Origin: Diadema antillarum
Taxonomy: Eukaryota
Direction: 5' to 3'
Assembly (NCBI RefSeq): GCF_040938485.1
Contig: NW_027272213.1
Coordinates: 372,001-436,000 of the forward strand
Length of the DNA: 64,000 nt
Shown here: one piece after another, positions 1-13,857 of the stretch
Layout of the letters: each line of letters opens with the position of its first letter
Numbering within the stretch: the first letter of the stretch is position 1
Program-made: the position numbers and the translations under genes
The notes under the pieces: generated by a model
Database searches by the model: none
What the model was told of the DNA's origin: nothing
Seen by the model: the letters and a program-made list of their open reading frames with translations, nothing else

Positions 1-1218
1 ATTATCCAATTAAAATTAGTTTAAGGAAAGTAAACACTCAACACATTTGTGACATTTGTCATTTTACTATTTTGCCACTTATGTGAAACTGTCGTCACTC
101 ATCCAGACGTAACATAGACCTATTGGGAGAAGCATGCATTATGGTGGATACATACCACTTACCATAGCAACATTTCTAGTTTTATTCCATATCTCTTGAA
201 ATTCAAAGGTAAAGGATTAAAAAGGCCATTTCAAAATTCAAAAACAAAACCCTTCTTAATTCAGAGCAATTCTGATATACTTATTTCATTTTGCTATTTT
301 GATGCCAAATTTCGTTCCATATTTACCTATTAGTGCTACAGTGTTTTTCTGTCACAGATTTACCTGTGATTTGAAGATTATGAACAGCTGTTTCTATAAG
401 TTAAGTAACTGAAGTGATTTACCAACAAATTAAATCAAGTGATATTTCGTTTGATATGATAATGTAGGATGTTCAATGTGTGGACAAGTGAAAGGTGTTC
501 TTCAAGCCAACTTTATGATTGATGAGAAATTATGAAAATGTGAATTTAAAGCATTATATGGAATTCATGGCTGTGTAATCTTAGTATTCGAGTGTATTTA
601 TGACATATTTTTTTGGTTGTGCAATTCTATGTATTCCTGTAGGCACCTACACTGTTGTACATTGTGCCAAAGATAAACAGTCTCAACTACATGTACTGCA
701 TAAGCTGTTCGTCTTTGCATACATATATATTTTTGTGAATGAGAAGGTCACAGGTATTGTCACAAGATTATGTTTTCGTAAATTGACACTGAGACCCTCT
801 TAAATGCACTAAATATTATACCCCAGTATAGCGCTTGGTGAGAATTTTGCTTGTCAAATTTGCAAACCAAAAATGATTCACAAATTCACAAAAATGGCAA
901 CATATTGGTACAGTGCACTACTACATCATGTACATGTATTATTTTTTCATGCAACAACCTTATTCGTATGTATAGTCCTCTGTGTTTGTAGTGCAATATC
1001 AACACGTGGATGCTTTTGCTTTGTTATAGTTTCCAGGAAATAAAGCGTGTAATTTGTATATATCAAGGAAAAACACCTTAGCATGTCTTATACATACAGT
1101 TGTATGCTGTAAACTTACTCTCATAGATTGCATGCCTGTGTTTGTGTGCGTGTTTGTGTGCGTGTTTGTGTACGTGTTTGTGTGTGTGTGTCATATTGTT
1201 TACTTAGACAGTCACATA

Positions 1219-1497
1219 CACACGAAAAAAGGAGTGCAAATATGTACCGGTAAGGGTACAGATGCTTGTCGCTATACAAGGAACCCTAGAGGTACTCATC
1301 TGTACCCTATGCAGGGGTACTCATCTGTACCCCATACAGGGGTACACAATCTGTACCCTAGAGGTACATATAAGTACCCAAGGCAGGGGTACTTATATGT
1401 ACCCCTGTATGGGGTACATATAAGTACCGCTAGGGTTCCTTGTATAGCGACAAGCATCTGTACCTCTAGGGGTACATATTTGCTCTCCTATTTTTTA

Positions 1498-1502
<5 letters not shown>
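1219..1502. mobile_element. Non-autonomous DNA transposon (CACAC...GTGTG ends, TA flanks; CMC/EnSpm-like MITE) with internal GGTAC/GTACC palindromic subrepeats
   Basis: Perfect 35-bp inverted repeat at 1255-1289 / 1430-1464, extending imperfectly outward to CACACgAAAAAA / TTTTTTaGTGTG; TA on both sides. Superfamily assignment is inference. Confidence 0.75.
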
Positions 1503-1546
<44 letters not shown>

Positions 1547-1547
1547 T
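1503..1547. repeat. (TA)n microsatellite followed by poly-T
   Basis: Seen directly. Confidence 0.95.
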
Positions 1548-3704
1548 GGACGAGTAACACGGCTTACAATAAGCTCTGCTTTCGTTTTCCTCATATTCAC
1601 ATCCGTATACATTGTATATGCTGTCTGGTTTTCGATATTACAAGTATATACACCGCTGAAAATCAAGCATGATTATGTTTTCCTGGACTGTATGTGTACA
1701 AATATAAAGTGTATAATATATCCCGTCCTTTAATACAAGAATGAAAACACGTACACGAAATATACAACATTCATATTGTTTAAAGGTGAAAGTAGTATAA
1801 TTCATATCGGTACATCTGTTGTCTGGCACGTCTGGTTAGTAAATTTTCGATATCATTTATTACACCGCAGAAAATCAAGCATGATTGTTTTTAGAACAAC
1901 ACGTCTTGTCAGCTTGCTTGTTTATGAAAATATTATTGTATATCCTTCACTTTGCCAGAATGAAATGCGAACATGAACTATGTTGTTAAGAGGTAAAACA
2001 ATGCGCGTAAATTTCACAAAGACGTTAAGGCTGCTGCATTCAAGTCCATTATATCAAATGATTTTCGCTATGCATAGTTCTTCTCACATTATAGATGAAT
2101 GAATGCCTGTATGAATGAGTCGCATGAGATCAGTAAATGTGTGAAAACATTTCGGAAACATAAGTGTTGGTAAACAAATAGACATCAGGATATAAAATGC
2201 ATAGAAATGTAATAAATCACAATTTGAAATAATCAGTGAATCTATCAATATTTTGTTCTAAAGGTGATTATTAGCAATTTTCCATCTACGAATTTTATTT
2301 ACATCTGCTTGATAAAATGTCTGGTAATGGCAACTCCCGCAAGAAATGAAGCTTCACCATTACACGGACTCGAAGGAAACTGGCTCAGTATGAGAAGCAA
2401 TGGGTCTAGTCACAAAAGTGACATCACGATCATTCATTCCCAGTCCAGTATACAAGTTGTATACAACTACACCAATTATAGGATTTTTGTCGCTTCTCTT
2501 TGTTGTGCTGTGTATGTGTGTGAGTATAATATATGCGTGTGCATGTGTTAGCCGTAAATAATTTTGATACTGAATGTCCACGATTTGACTGAAAGTTTAC
2601 GCTCTTGTTTTTACAGTCACTCACTTGTTGTTCACTATAAACAAGTGTGCATTAAATGCATCTTTTCACCGCTGAAACGGTCAAATTTCAAGGTGCGGTT
2701 TAATAGGCTTATCGTTACAACCAATATCTATATGACTGCTGCATGTCTGCACAAAGTGTGCAGATACAATGTTATAAACCTGAATCCGTACCTCAACCAG
2801 TACTGTACAGTCCCTTTAATGTCCCTTGTCATTGAAAAACAATATAATGAAATAGCTAATTAAAAAAAAAAGAGGGCTGAACCCCATGTACAACCTTCCT
2901 TTCTCAGCCTACCTGTGAATGATTAGAGAAGTTGAATGTTCAAAAAGGCACATCGGATACCTTTTAATCATTTGAATTCAATGGCGCATCAAAGACTTGA
3001 CGTAGTGCTTTGAAAACTCCTTGACAGGGATCCCTTGCAAGCCCTTGATCATGTTCATCTATACGTGGAGCTAACGGAGGAAACATCGTGCCGCTGTAAC
3101 GATGCCTTTTCGTACTCCATACCCTGACTAGAGCATAGATAATCATAGTCCCATAATTATATCGACTGTATCAAATAATCGCTTATGCATCACTACCAGG
3201 TAATGAACGGGGAAAGAATGTTTCGAAGCCAGCTGAAGTCGAGACCACATGCATGATTTCAAACGTTATGATTCCATTATTCTTTCTTTTAATCGGCCTC
3301 AAATAAAACAATGATAAGTCGTTTTATGTATCTGATATGTTTGTTCAACCCTGCAAAAAGATGACGTCATCACGATGGAAAATCGAATCAAAATGTTCAC
3401 AATCTAAGAAAATACGAAGAAATAATATCACGCCCAGGCAAATATCCCCCCTGCCATAATGGTCGACAAAACGGCTTTTACATGGGTGCAGCCTGTACAT
3501 CGTTATTAAGGGGATAGAGCTGTTATTATTTTTCTCCTTTTTAAATTTATTTTGTTTTACATCAGCACCGTGCATTAGAAAAACACGCAGTCTCATAATC
3601 TTCACTGTTTACCATACTTGAGGATCTTCATTAACATTGTTAACATAACTATTAATACTTGATAATTATATTACAATGGAAATATTGGAAAATCAAATAT
3701 ACTT

Positions 3705-3800
3705 ATTATTATCATCATCATCATTTGTATCATTATTAATATCATTATCATCATTATCATTATCATCATTATCATTATCAGAAGTATCATCATTATTATG
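3705..3800. repeat. Degenerate (ATC/ATT)n trinucleotide microsatellite
   Basis: Run of attatcatc-type units just left of the duplication boundary. Confidence 0.85.
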
Positions 3801-4028
3801 TTTTTGCAGCTTTTTGCGCACATTCTGAGAAGATATTACTAGTTTTCACTGGGAAAGTCAAAACGGTGCACGATCAACTTTAATCATGTCTTAACTTATG
3901 ATGACATTCAATTTGTTAAAAGCTGTAAAAAAAGGCAAGAACTTGCTGCACTCTGTGTCTCCGATGGAAGATGCAGCCATATTTACTAAAAGGCCATTTA
4001 TTCTGTCGATCGAGAAGAGGATCGAATT

Positions 4029-7000
4029 TCAAGGTACTTTTAATGTTTGAACTGGAAGACTATCTCTCCATCCTCGCTGTAACTGTTGACTCAGTAGCCG
4101 CACCAATTCCTTGTTCTCGGTCTTATCGGCCACATTGTCATTTTGATCGGGGTCCGAATCGTTCATGTACAGCTCTCTGGCTTTAACGTCGCTCCAATCC
4201 CCCTCGAACGTGTTGGGATCAAACTTGACCCACTCGGTGAAGTGGTAATCGGCTGTCCTCATGGAGTAACCCATAATGGTGATATTTTTCAGTTTCGGTA
4301 GATCAGTTTGTTCGCATGGCGTCACTCCGGGCCGCGGGTACTGACTGTAAGTGGCGTTCTTCCATCGAGTGTACATCGGCGGCAGGCTCACCCTGTGGTT
4401 CGTGACGAGAGACCCTTGGCTTAGCAATGGCACAAAGCTGTAACCTTCCGTGCACAGTGAAGTGTTGAATGGTTTCGGTGGGCAAAGAGGTGGAACTGTC
4501 AGACCCGCCAATTCAGAGAGAGTGGGAAAAATGTCTACCATTTCTACAAACTGCTCTACTATCATCCCGTCTTTGACGCTTTTCTCTCTATCTTTATTTG
4601 ATTTTGTCACTGATTCCGCCAGCAAGGGGTTTATCTGCGGGAATTTCTTCAGCCTTGACGATGTATTTCCTGTGGTAACGCCAGGCACGTGTACGATAAA
4701 GGGGACCCGAGCAGACAATTCGTAGTTGGAATATTTGCACCATTCGGCGTGTTCACCAAGCTGCCAACCTATCAAGGAAACAGAACAATGAAGGAATAAA
4801 CGTTTAAACAGGCAACAATGAAATCACACAACACCAATGTTGTAAGGCCTTAATTCTCTGTCTCTGTAAAGTAATTATATTGAGTGATATTATTCGGGAA
4901 AAACATCTTTAAAAAGGTAACTAGGTATTCATTCTCTAGGATTACAATGGCATGAAATTTCATAACTACGTTCCATTCAACGACCTCAGAACGGCAAACT
5001 TAAAGGTAGGGGATACCTTTTACAGACCTCCCAAAATGCAGCAAAACATTAAATATGAACCTCAGGGGACTTGCTTAGGCCACTGCTTAGAAATTTGGAA
5101 GTCAACAGTTATCTAGAATTTGAATAATGCACAAAACTCAACTTCTCAGTAGTTCTGTGTGTCAGCCACACTTAAGCCTTTTTGTTGCATTCGTCTGTAT
5201 TTGCGATCTATAAACACAAATCTAAAAGTACAAGAGCTGATGTAATAACATATAGAGTGCGTGGCAAGAATGTATATAGAAATGTTAGTAAGTGTTTATG
5301 AACTTTCTTCACAAAATATACATGATGGACACACATGCAGTACATGGGTCTGCAAAGGTAGCCTAGTAATGTACTGGAATTTACGGTGAGCCCCGAAAAC
5401 AATTCAATTCAAAATCTAACGGTCAAAAAAATGTACTAAATGTTACCTTCCACTTTCAATACTTTATGGGAGTTTCTAATATGATACTCTCTTCAACATA
5501 CCACTGTATTTATACAACTCTTCATTTAAGGCGTGCAAATGGGATTCCCTACCTTTAAAGCTTCGCCTTTGCTGTCATAATGTGAGAGAACATTATTGTG
5601 TGATAGATTTCAACCTGCAAAAGAAAATTGAAGCTTCGTGCAATAACAAGTGCAACTCATGAACTGAGATATTACAATAATTATGTAAATATATTTTCTT
5701 TCACTCTTCAAAATGAAACCTGATTTGATGTTTAAACCAAGTTGTCAAACGTAGCCCTATAAGGGGGAGCTCGAGTGATTTTAAGTAGGAAATTATAGTG
5801 AAAAGCCCATGGACAAAAACCGCTGGTGCCAAAGGGAACTCTAACCAGGACCTCAATGATCGACAGACCATGAACTTAGCCACTTGGACACAGCAACTCC
5901 TGCATTGAGACGAGACGTACGTCTTCAAGAGGACTCACCATGGTCTCCCACAAATACAATGATGGTGTCATTCGCAAAGCCAGATTGTTCGAGAGCCTCA
6001 AGCAGTCCTCCAATTAGGAAGTCCGTGTAAGACGTAGCCGCGTAATAACTCTGTCGCATTGGAGCCTGTATTGGTGAAAATGGTTTCAATATACGTGGGA
6101 AGCAATTTACTCGAGTCAATTAAGAAACACTGACTATTGGACGCTATAAAGTTAGATACTATCTATCATAAACTGAAAGGGTAGCTCGCTAACTGAGTTA
6201 ACGACGACAACAGAGATGACGTTGATAATATGTTGATGATCTTTTGGAAAATTATCCACAAGGTTTGTGGCAGGTACATGATTGTGACTTCTTTTGCTTT
6301 CCCATCTTTTTTTAATGGCTTCACTCACACTGCAACTGTGATGCTCCTGCGCGTATTGAATACACCTTTTGAAAATATACATGTATATTTTTTTGCACAT
6401 TTTTTGTCCCTTTTGAATCTCTTGTACTACAAAGTGCTTGGTCAAAAATTATTCTGTGCTATATACCATAGTAGGAAATTATCATTATCATGACAGTGGG
6501 AACGTTTAGTCATTATTTTGCTGTTTTAAAGTTACTACATCATGCAAGACAAACATCAGATCAAACCCATGCTTACATGAAGATCGATTGGAATAGTGCC
6601 GTAGGGGAAGCTAAGATTCAGTGCGGCTATATCGTCTCGAAGTCGAATCGTGTAATAGTCCTCGTATGCTACCTCTGGTTGAGACAGTGACCGGTTGGGA
6701 TTTGTTGCTATGGCAATGGAGTCGATTGGATACAGCGACTTGAACTCCTCCGGGTACTTCCAAGGGATGTGTGGCTTGTGGATACCCACTGCCAAGAAAA
6801 ATGGCGGCTTCATGATACTTTGGTGGAGTTTTGAGTCGTCTGAAGGTCGTTTGGCGAGGGAGAGGTTCTCAAGGATCCTGACCGCTTCCTCGACGGACTG
6901 GATGTCGGGAAGAGTCTTCTCTGGCATCTTCGAGACGTCGACTGGACACATCACGTTATTGTGAAGCGTGCCATCTTCATTTGGACACACCTAGAAGGAC

Positions 7001-7446
7001 AACATCAATTTCAGAACATGATCGAGCAAATAAACTATGGAGGCCTTGTCTGTTCAATTTAAAGCAAGACCCGCCATCTTCTCGTTCTCTTGGGACTTCA
7101 AGTATTGTTTCCATATATAACGGGTATGACACCACATAGTTTTGCAGTCTTCTGATCCCGCGATGACAGCATCAGAACTTTAAGAATTCATAACGTTTTA
7201 ACGAATTGTCAGATTTTTCTCAAACTTTCACCGATGTAATGTCCTACGATACTATATGATGTTGCATTCTCTCAATTCATATCACATTGTATTACATTAT
7301 GTGGGTCTCATTCTCCTTTAAGTGACTCTTATAAGATCGAATTAATTTCTATTTTAATAACGATCCTGGAGCATTATACTATTACATTATTTCATGACAT
7401 GTATACTTTATACTATGTTTTGATTTTCGTTGATTGGAAATAAACT

Positions 7447-7492
<46 letters not shown>

Positions 7493-10386
7493 ATACTACG
7501 CTAATCTAGATATTTCCTCAGAGCAGTGTATGATAATATTCCAAAACTATTTCACTCATTTCCGAGTCTCATTCTGCAGCTTATCTTATTCTTTTTTAAT
7601 CAATTAATTAATCTTTTTTTTTTTGGAAAAGAATAATGTATTCTGAAGTTTGCACTTACTTTTGCACCTGAGTATTTCCTAGTGGATGGGTGAAAGGCGG
7701 GAACGGACCAGCTGTATGGGAAATCATCGCTTTTGTTACTAGGTCGTCCTGGAAAAAATGGAATAAAAAGGTATAAAAGCAAATGCGAAACCAAGCGTTA
7801 GTTGCAAAAAGCCACGTACACTCGTGTGGGGCAGAACATTTCCAGTGGAAAACCAGGAACTTACAGGTCAACTCTGTCGCATACCTAAAATACTGGAGGC
7901 GATTGAGCCAATATTAATCTAAGAATGTGAGATAAGTCAGTGCGGTGCAATATACATGTATCATCTATAGTATAGCTACCAACGCTTTGCTCCCTCTGTA
8001 TAGGCCTACGTTAACTCGGTCCATTACGAGACTCTGAAATTCCCATGTGCAGTATGTGTATTGGAACAAACAGGTTTCCCTGGAGGCCATGTCACAAGTT
8101 CACGCTGCCTTTCTGAGTTTTGTTGTCCCAGTCTCATAACATGGAAGAGATATACGTATTACAGGGAAAGCTATCACATAATCCCAGAACGATCATGGAC
8201 AATCTCTATTCTGCAAATGTTGCGATCGACTTCATTAATTGCTTCTATGAGAGTGGGACAAAGATTGAGATGAAGAGTGGGCGAAGGTACCTGTGGATGT
8301 GCTGATATTTCTAGCAATGACACCTGTATAGTAAACTGAGTAAATCTATATCTAAAGGGCAACATTTGGAATCGTAAAATCCGCGATATGATTATTTCAT
8401 TGCAATAATAACCCCCAACTTCATGTGCAGCTCTCAATCATTCTAACCCCTTCTCTCAAGACATAGACCTATACAACTCCATCCCCACATCATCTCACAT
8501 GTGAGCTTTGACGAGAAGTAATGTACATATCATTATATATATTTTTTTCTTGCCTTAAGCGAAATCTGATGGTGAAGAGTCGATACACTTTTTAGATACA
8601 ATATTAGGGTTAGATTTCGTCATGCCAAAAGTACCCTTTTACTGGAGGTTAAGGGAACACGCAGGCATGCAGTTCCTCCGACCCAGGCGCCTGGAGCATA
8701 ATTATAAACACATAAAGGGACGCCAGGACATTGCTTCACCTTCGCCTAACCAAATTACTCTCGTCTCTGAATAACATGAAAAAAAAAAGGAAGACTGAAG
8801 AGATCACGGCTTCCTGGGGATAAATGGTGTCAGATTGTAGGCCTATAATATTGTTGATTTCGCTTGACGGAACCATACTGCTTTGGATAGTCCTTCAAAG
8901 CTTCAAAGCTTCCTCTGCTTTATAGGTCCATAGAAACCACTTGCGTCGCTAGAATTAAATGTATTCCTGCGTAACTAGTATAATCGTTAGCAAGAAAAAG
9001 AAAAGAAAAGAAAGAAAAGCAGGTGAATAAATAAATATAGATGCACCTGGATGAAAGACCTTGCCAACGGAAGCCGTGAAATATCCGTTGTCTTTGAAAT
9101 GCTGCGGGAGTGTGGTGTAATTCCCTGCATGTGTGCGCCAGTAGGACCCAAAGTCATACAGCCTGGTGGTGTCTGGACGTCGACTCGTCAGGAAAGAGAC
9201 CCGGCTCGGGGCGCACACCGCTTGCTTGCAGGGAAAAATAATCAAGCAAAGAAATATAAAATGAAGAGTGACACTGACATACACATGAGGGACACAGTAC
9301 TCTGTAATTTGATCATTGTTTAGTAGCTCCATGATTTGGTGCAACACAAGCACTATGGTGTATTTTTGCGATCAAAGCCGAGAAATTGTAAATTGATTAC
9401 TAAAACCCATGATTTTGATCTACTTGTTTAGCTTTGCTAGTATACGTTTCGTTTGAGAACTTGAAGGCCCTGCTTGTCAAAATAACCGAAAAAAGATAAA
9501 TCTTTAAAAAATCACCCGATCACTAAAAAGTATGAATGATTAATTTCTTACTAAGCATTTATTGTAGAAAACTGGTCAGTTACAATTCATATTGAAAAAC
9601 AAAAAAGCACAAAATCTAAAAACAAAGAAATACACAACACAATCCAAAACGATATAATTCTTAAAAAGGCGACAATAAGATCTAGGGATTAATTTGCATT
9701 ATCAATTGATTAATCAAAATTAGAAATTGATAATTTCTACAATTTCTAAGACACTATCTTGCAGACTACAATGCGGGCGTCGTGTTTGCCAATATTTTGT
9801 CGCAGATCGCGCCCCTGATTGCTGCGATAGGGGAGGGGGGGGGGAATCAGCCCCCTCCCCCATATGGCATACATCCAAAAAAGCCCAATCTGATTAGGAT
9901 AGGGTTAAATTAATATTGTCATTAGTACATGTACCGCCCAGCTGACAAATTCTAAGAGATCCGAAATCCATCAGTTTCTGAAGACTCAATTTCGCTGAAG
10001 CCTTGCACAACTTCATTATCATAATAATATACTCAATTCATCAAGACATGTGAATCAGATTTTGGCGTAAAACTAGTTGACTTTCTTTCTTCGTACGCAC
10101 ATTGGAAATGACATTGTTCAAAAGCTGACACACCCTCGATCAATGGAAGTGGAAAACAAACAGAGAAACAAACAAATATACAAACAAGCACGCGAATGAT
10201 GAGTAGCAAGCAAAGACGCAACAATCAAGCTATATACCTGAGCCATTGCGTTGGTGAAAAGTGCCGACTGCCCAGCGAGCCGGTCGATGTTTGGCGAGAT
10301 GATTGGACCTCCATAGCAACCAAGAGATGGGCGGAGATCATCGACCACGATGAAGAGAACGTTGAGTTTTTCACCTTCCGATGAAC
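4029..10386 (-). CDS. IDS: Iduronate 2-sulfatase-like, copy A (5' end runs into the N-gap)
   Basis: Exons (minus): <=10386-10238, 9224-9047 (178), 7748-7660 (89), 6990-6577 (414), 6065-5939 (127), 4768-4029 (740, stop). Phases are consistent and donors are GT. Motifs [57 protein letters not shown] match the IDS family. Confidence 0.93.
5004..5554. mobile_element. Kolobok-type non-autonomous element in the last intron of IDS-A
   Basis: TTAA at 5000-5003 and 5555-5558; termini AGGTAGGG / CCCTACCT; absent at the homologous site in unit B (about 16850). Confidence 0.8.
7448..7492. repeat. (GATT)n microsatellite
   Basis: Seen directly. Confidence 0.95.
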
Positions 10387-10563
10387 NNNNNNNNNNNNNN
10401 NNNNNNNNNNNNNNNNNNNNNNNNNNNNNNNNNNNNNNNNNNNNNNNNNNNNNNNNNNNNNNNNNNNNNNNNNNNNNNNNNNNNNNNNNNNNNNNNNNNN
10501 NNNNNNNNNNNNNNNNNNNNNNNNNNNNNNNNNNNNNNNNNNNNNNNNNNNNNNNNNNNNNNN
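10387..10563. other. N-gap (177 N) at an (AAC/AAT)n repeat, covering the 5' part of IDS-A exon 2
   Basis: Seen directly; homologous gap at 24772-24945. Confidence 0.98.
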
Positions 10564-10888
10564 AACAACAATAAGAAAAATAATAAGAATGACAACAACA
10601 ATAACAAATAATAACGTTTTGTGATGCTAATGATAATGTATCAAGCTTTTATCGAAAAGGGATACGCCATATTCGTTGACGCGATATTGTCATCCCTCCT
10701 ATATATAGTAGTCGATGTCGCGGCGTCATGTTGTATTTACATAGCTCCATGCCCGGGACGCCTCTGTTATACATGGTGTGGTTACATGTAGATCCATGGT
10801 TATTCCCCACCTCCCTGCATGATTAAGCGGGCATTGTGCGCTCAGTGCATATACAGACAGAGAAAGTACACTAGACAGATACAATTAC

Positions 10889-10969
10889 GGCTGAGGTTTC
10901 GCTTGCCAGAGTGAATAGCACGCAGCCTGCAAATGTCAGCTGGCCTACAATAATACGTGTTGATGTCAT
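10889..10969 (-). CDS. IDS: Putative exon 1 of IDS-A (signal-peptide-like MTSTRIIVGQLTFAGCVLFTLASETSA)
   Basis: ATG at 10969, hydrophobic 27-aa peptide, GTAATT donor. The join to exon 2 cannot be verified because of the gap. Confidence 0.4.
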
Positions 10970-13011
10970 TATGTACAAAGTTTATCACCCTCCTAAAATG
11001 GGACGAGCATGTACGTCTCCACTAATCGCGTTTGATCAAGTCTATATACTCCATTATAACGGAATCACACCACAATAATCTGATAAGATCGAACGGTGAT
11101 CATAACGTTTTTTTCTGAGCGGAGGAAGCTATCTAAATTGGTTATCGAGAGCCTGATTTTGGGTCGATAAAATACAATTTGACCATTCGTATACGGTAAG
11201 GAGACATTGGTGAGAGAGGGTCTTTATACTCTTGTGAGTATGCGGGTTAGGCCTATAATACCCTATACATTCAGCGATATATTTCATATACCCACCAGTA
11301 TCATATGGTAATATTTTCAAGACAGAGAATTTTATGTCCATGTAGACACCATTAAGAATATGTTGCTAGATCATCTGAAGGCCTATATTCAACACTCTTG
11401 GCTTTGGAGATGATTCCATGAAAGACACCATGACAAAGACATCGGTACATCGTACTCCTGATTACACCTATGAGACATTGTTTAGCTATACGTACCGTTC
11501 AATTCCGTGATGAGAAGCTGAGAGAAAATAAACATTAGCGAAACGAAGAGTCCCTGCTTTCGCATGTTTGCACACTGTACAGATCGTGGATTTCATGCGA
11601 AGAAGACAGATGAGTGCATGGCACAGCCTATAATAATGGCGCAGACGAGCCGTCTCAGATTTACAGCGCCTTTATCCTAGGGTTTGTGAAGATTAACTCT
11701 GCGAATTACCAATCCAGGTATTTGTCTCACCTTATGCACCCAAGCGTCTGAAGTAAATTGGATCAAGACATACGTGGATATGGACCAACATTATAATTTC
11801 CTCCATTCGCTGTACAGCGTCAACGGACCGTATGTGTATAATACGAATCCGCAAACATATTCTTGAGGCCTTGTCACTGGCATCATGAGGTCAAATCTTA
11901 AAGTTAAGTGAAAATGCTAGAATTTCATCTTTATAATTTTTACATATTTAAATCTCGGAATGGCTCAAGGTATCTTCTTGGTCTAATGTTTTAGCGTCAG
12001 TTGGCGTTGTATTGAGATCATAATTATTCTGTAGTAATTGTGCGCAACTATACAGCAATGGAAATTCTGCTATTTTTTTCGATAAGATAACTTCGTTATT
12101 TATTTTTCTGTGCAATTTATGTTTGATATTTAAGCTGTATATTTTCACAGATATGTTTTTATGATATTCCTTTGAATACAACTCAATATTCTGTATCGTT
12201 TGAAAGTCATTTGCATAATTACTATGTTATGATTTGTACATGGCAACCATCATACGGATCAGGTGTAAGCCAGAATCCTTTCATCAGTAGATAGCCACAT
12301 GCTGTGATTTTATGACTATAAGCTTCAATTTGACGAATACAATGTAGATGTTTTCATCATCTTTAACCAACGCTTCACACGTTTGTACACACTAATGAAT
12401 GTTTTCTTTTTGGTCAACTTGGTATGCATAAATGTTTCTAAACGCCACAACCAGGACATTTTATTATTCACTGTTATGTTAACATAGCACTATCATGCAG
12501 AACTATCTTACTAATGTTTATTACAGTACTATTATGTATACAATGTACTATATCTCCATGCCATAATTATGTTCAAGTATATTGTGGTCTCATTTTTTCT
12601 TAAGTGCAATGATTCCACTTTCATGTGATTTACATATAGTACTATAATGCAAGTCATTACGATGTTACAACATTGGTGATTGGTTTTTTTTTAACATAAT
12701 TTATTATGATACATGTATGATTATGAGAGGGCAAGGTGCGCGAGTACGCGCGTATGTAAGCTTGTGAGAAGTCGAGTGTGAATACATTGCGGATTCTTTT
12801 TTTATAAGCCGTAGTGTGTGCATGTGGTGTGTGTGTATGTGCGTTCGAAAATGCGAGTTGGTGAGCTCTTTATAGTTCGAACAAAAATTATTCATAAGTG
12901 TTCGATGTATGAACTTTTAATTGTTATGAAAACTCTGCACTCATGCAATATGTGCACTCATGTACAATTCAACTTCTGCTTGCCGTGCATGCATTGAGTA
13001 GAGACCATTAT

Positions 13012-13183
13012 NNNNNNNNNNNNNNNNNNNNNNNNNNNNNNNNNNNNNNNNNNNNNNNNNNNNNNNNNNNNNNNNNNNNNNNNNNNNNNNNNNNNNNNNN
13101 NNNNNNNNNNNNNNNNNNNNNNNNNNNNNNNNNNNNNNNNNNNNNNNNNNNNNNNNNNNNNNNNNNNNNNNNNNNNNNNNNNN
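13012..13183. other. N-gap (172 N)
   Basis: Seen directly; homologous gap at 27924-28104. Confidence 0.98.
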
Positions 13184-13552
13184 AGTTGAACACAGGTTTT
13201 GGAAAATCGCCACGTTCTTATAACGCGATGCGAAACCAATAAGTCGGTGTACACACACACACAGTTCTGGAGGAAAAATATGTCAAGAATAAAACTGTCC
13301 GAGCCCTGCCACCTTTCAATGTATTCCGATTTACCAGAGTTGGACTTATAATATAAAAATGGGATTCCGTTCTCAAGCCAGCAAGGTTATATAGAACGTT
13401 GTTATTCATTCAGCTGGGTCCTAATAATATACTTGTACTGCAGTTCGCCTAGAGACTAAGGTGGCAACTACACCGGGGTACAAGGATGCCCATCGAGCAT
13501 ACAATCTTAATTTTAATTAGTGCATGTCTTCGAATGAATTGCATTTGTGTAA

Positions 13553-13602
13553 AACAAACAAACAAACAAACAAACAAACAAACAAACAAACAAACAAACA
13601 AA
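13553..13602. repeat. (AAAC)n microsatellite (paralogous copy at about 28503-28562)
   Basis: Seen directly. Confidence 0.95.
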
Positions 13603-13857
13603 CATGAATTAGAACATAATTTCAGGACCTGAATACGTAGTAGTAGCAGTAAGACAGATAGTAAGTATGAGACGTAAATTTACAATAGCAGAGGAAGAAT
13701 GAATCACTCTCATCACATGAACAGCGTGGCGCCTCGCACAATATAGGGACCAATATAGCGACCATACACCACGCCACATGTGAGGTGCTTTACGAAACCG
13801 TCTAGGTGCGATGTGTGCACCCCTCATCTCAGGGGTGAGCTCCTGACGGGGTCAATG

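Noticed and set aside
1290-1430. Short regularly spaced repeats resembling a CRISPR array
   Set aside because: The units are self-similar hairpins with no unique spacers, lie inside TIRs, have no cas genes nearby, and the context is eukaryotic.
1054-1557. 167-aa plus-strand ORF
   Set aside because: Composed of (GT)n and (TA)n microsatellites and the palindromic MITE; low-complexity translation with no domain.
3361-3370. Perfect CRE palindrome ATGACGTCAT
   Set aside because: Isolated motif downstream of IDS-A with no nearby gene start; expected by chance.
4450-4725. Antisense and alternative-frame ORFs over IDS exons (also 6695-6964, 16277-16552, 31895-32194, 34732-35160, 47882-48325)
   Set aside because: Shadows of the real coding exons; repeated only because the exons are duplicated.
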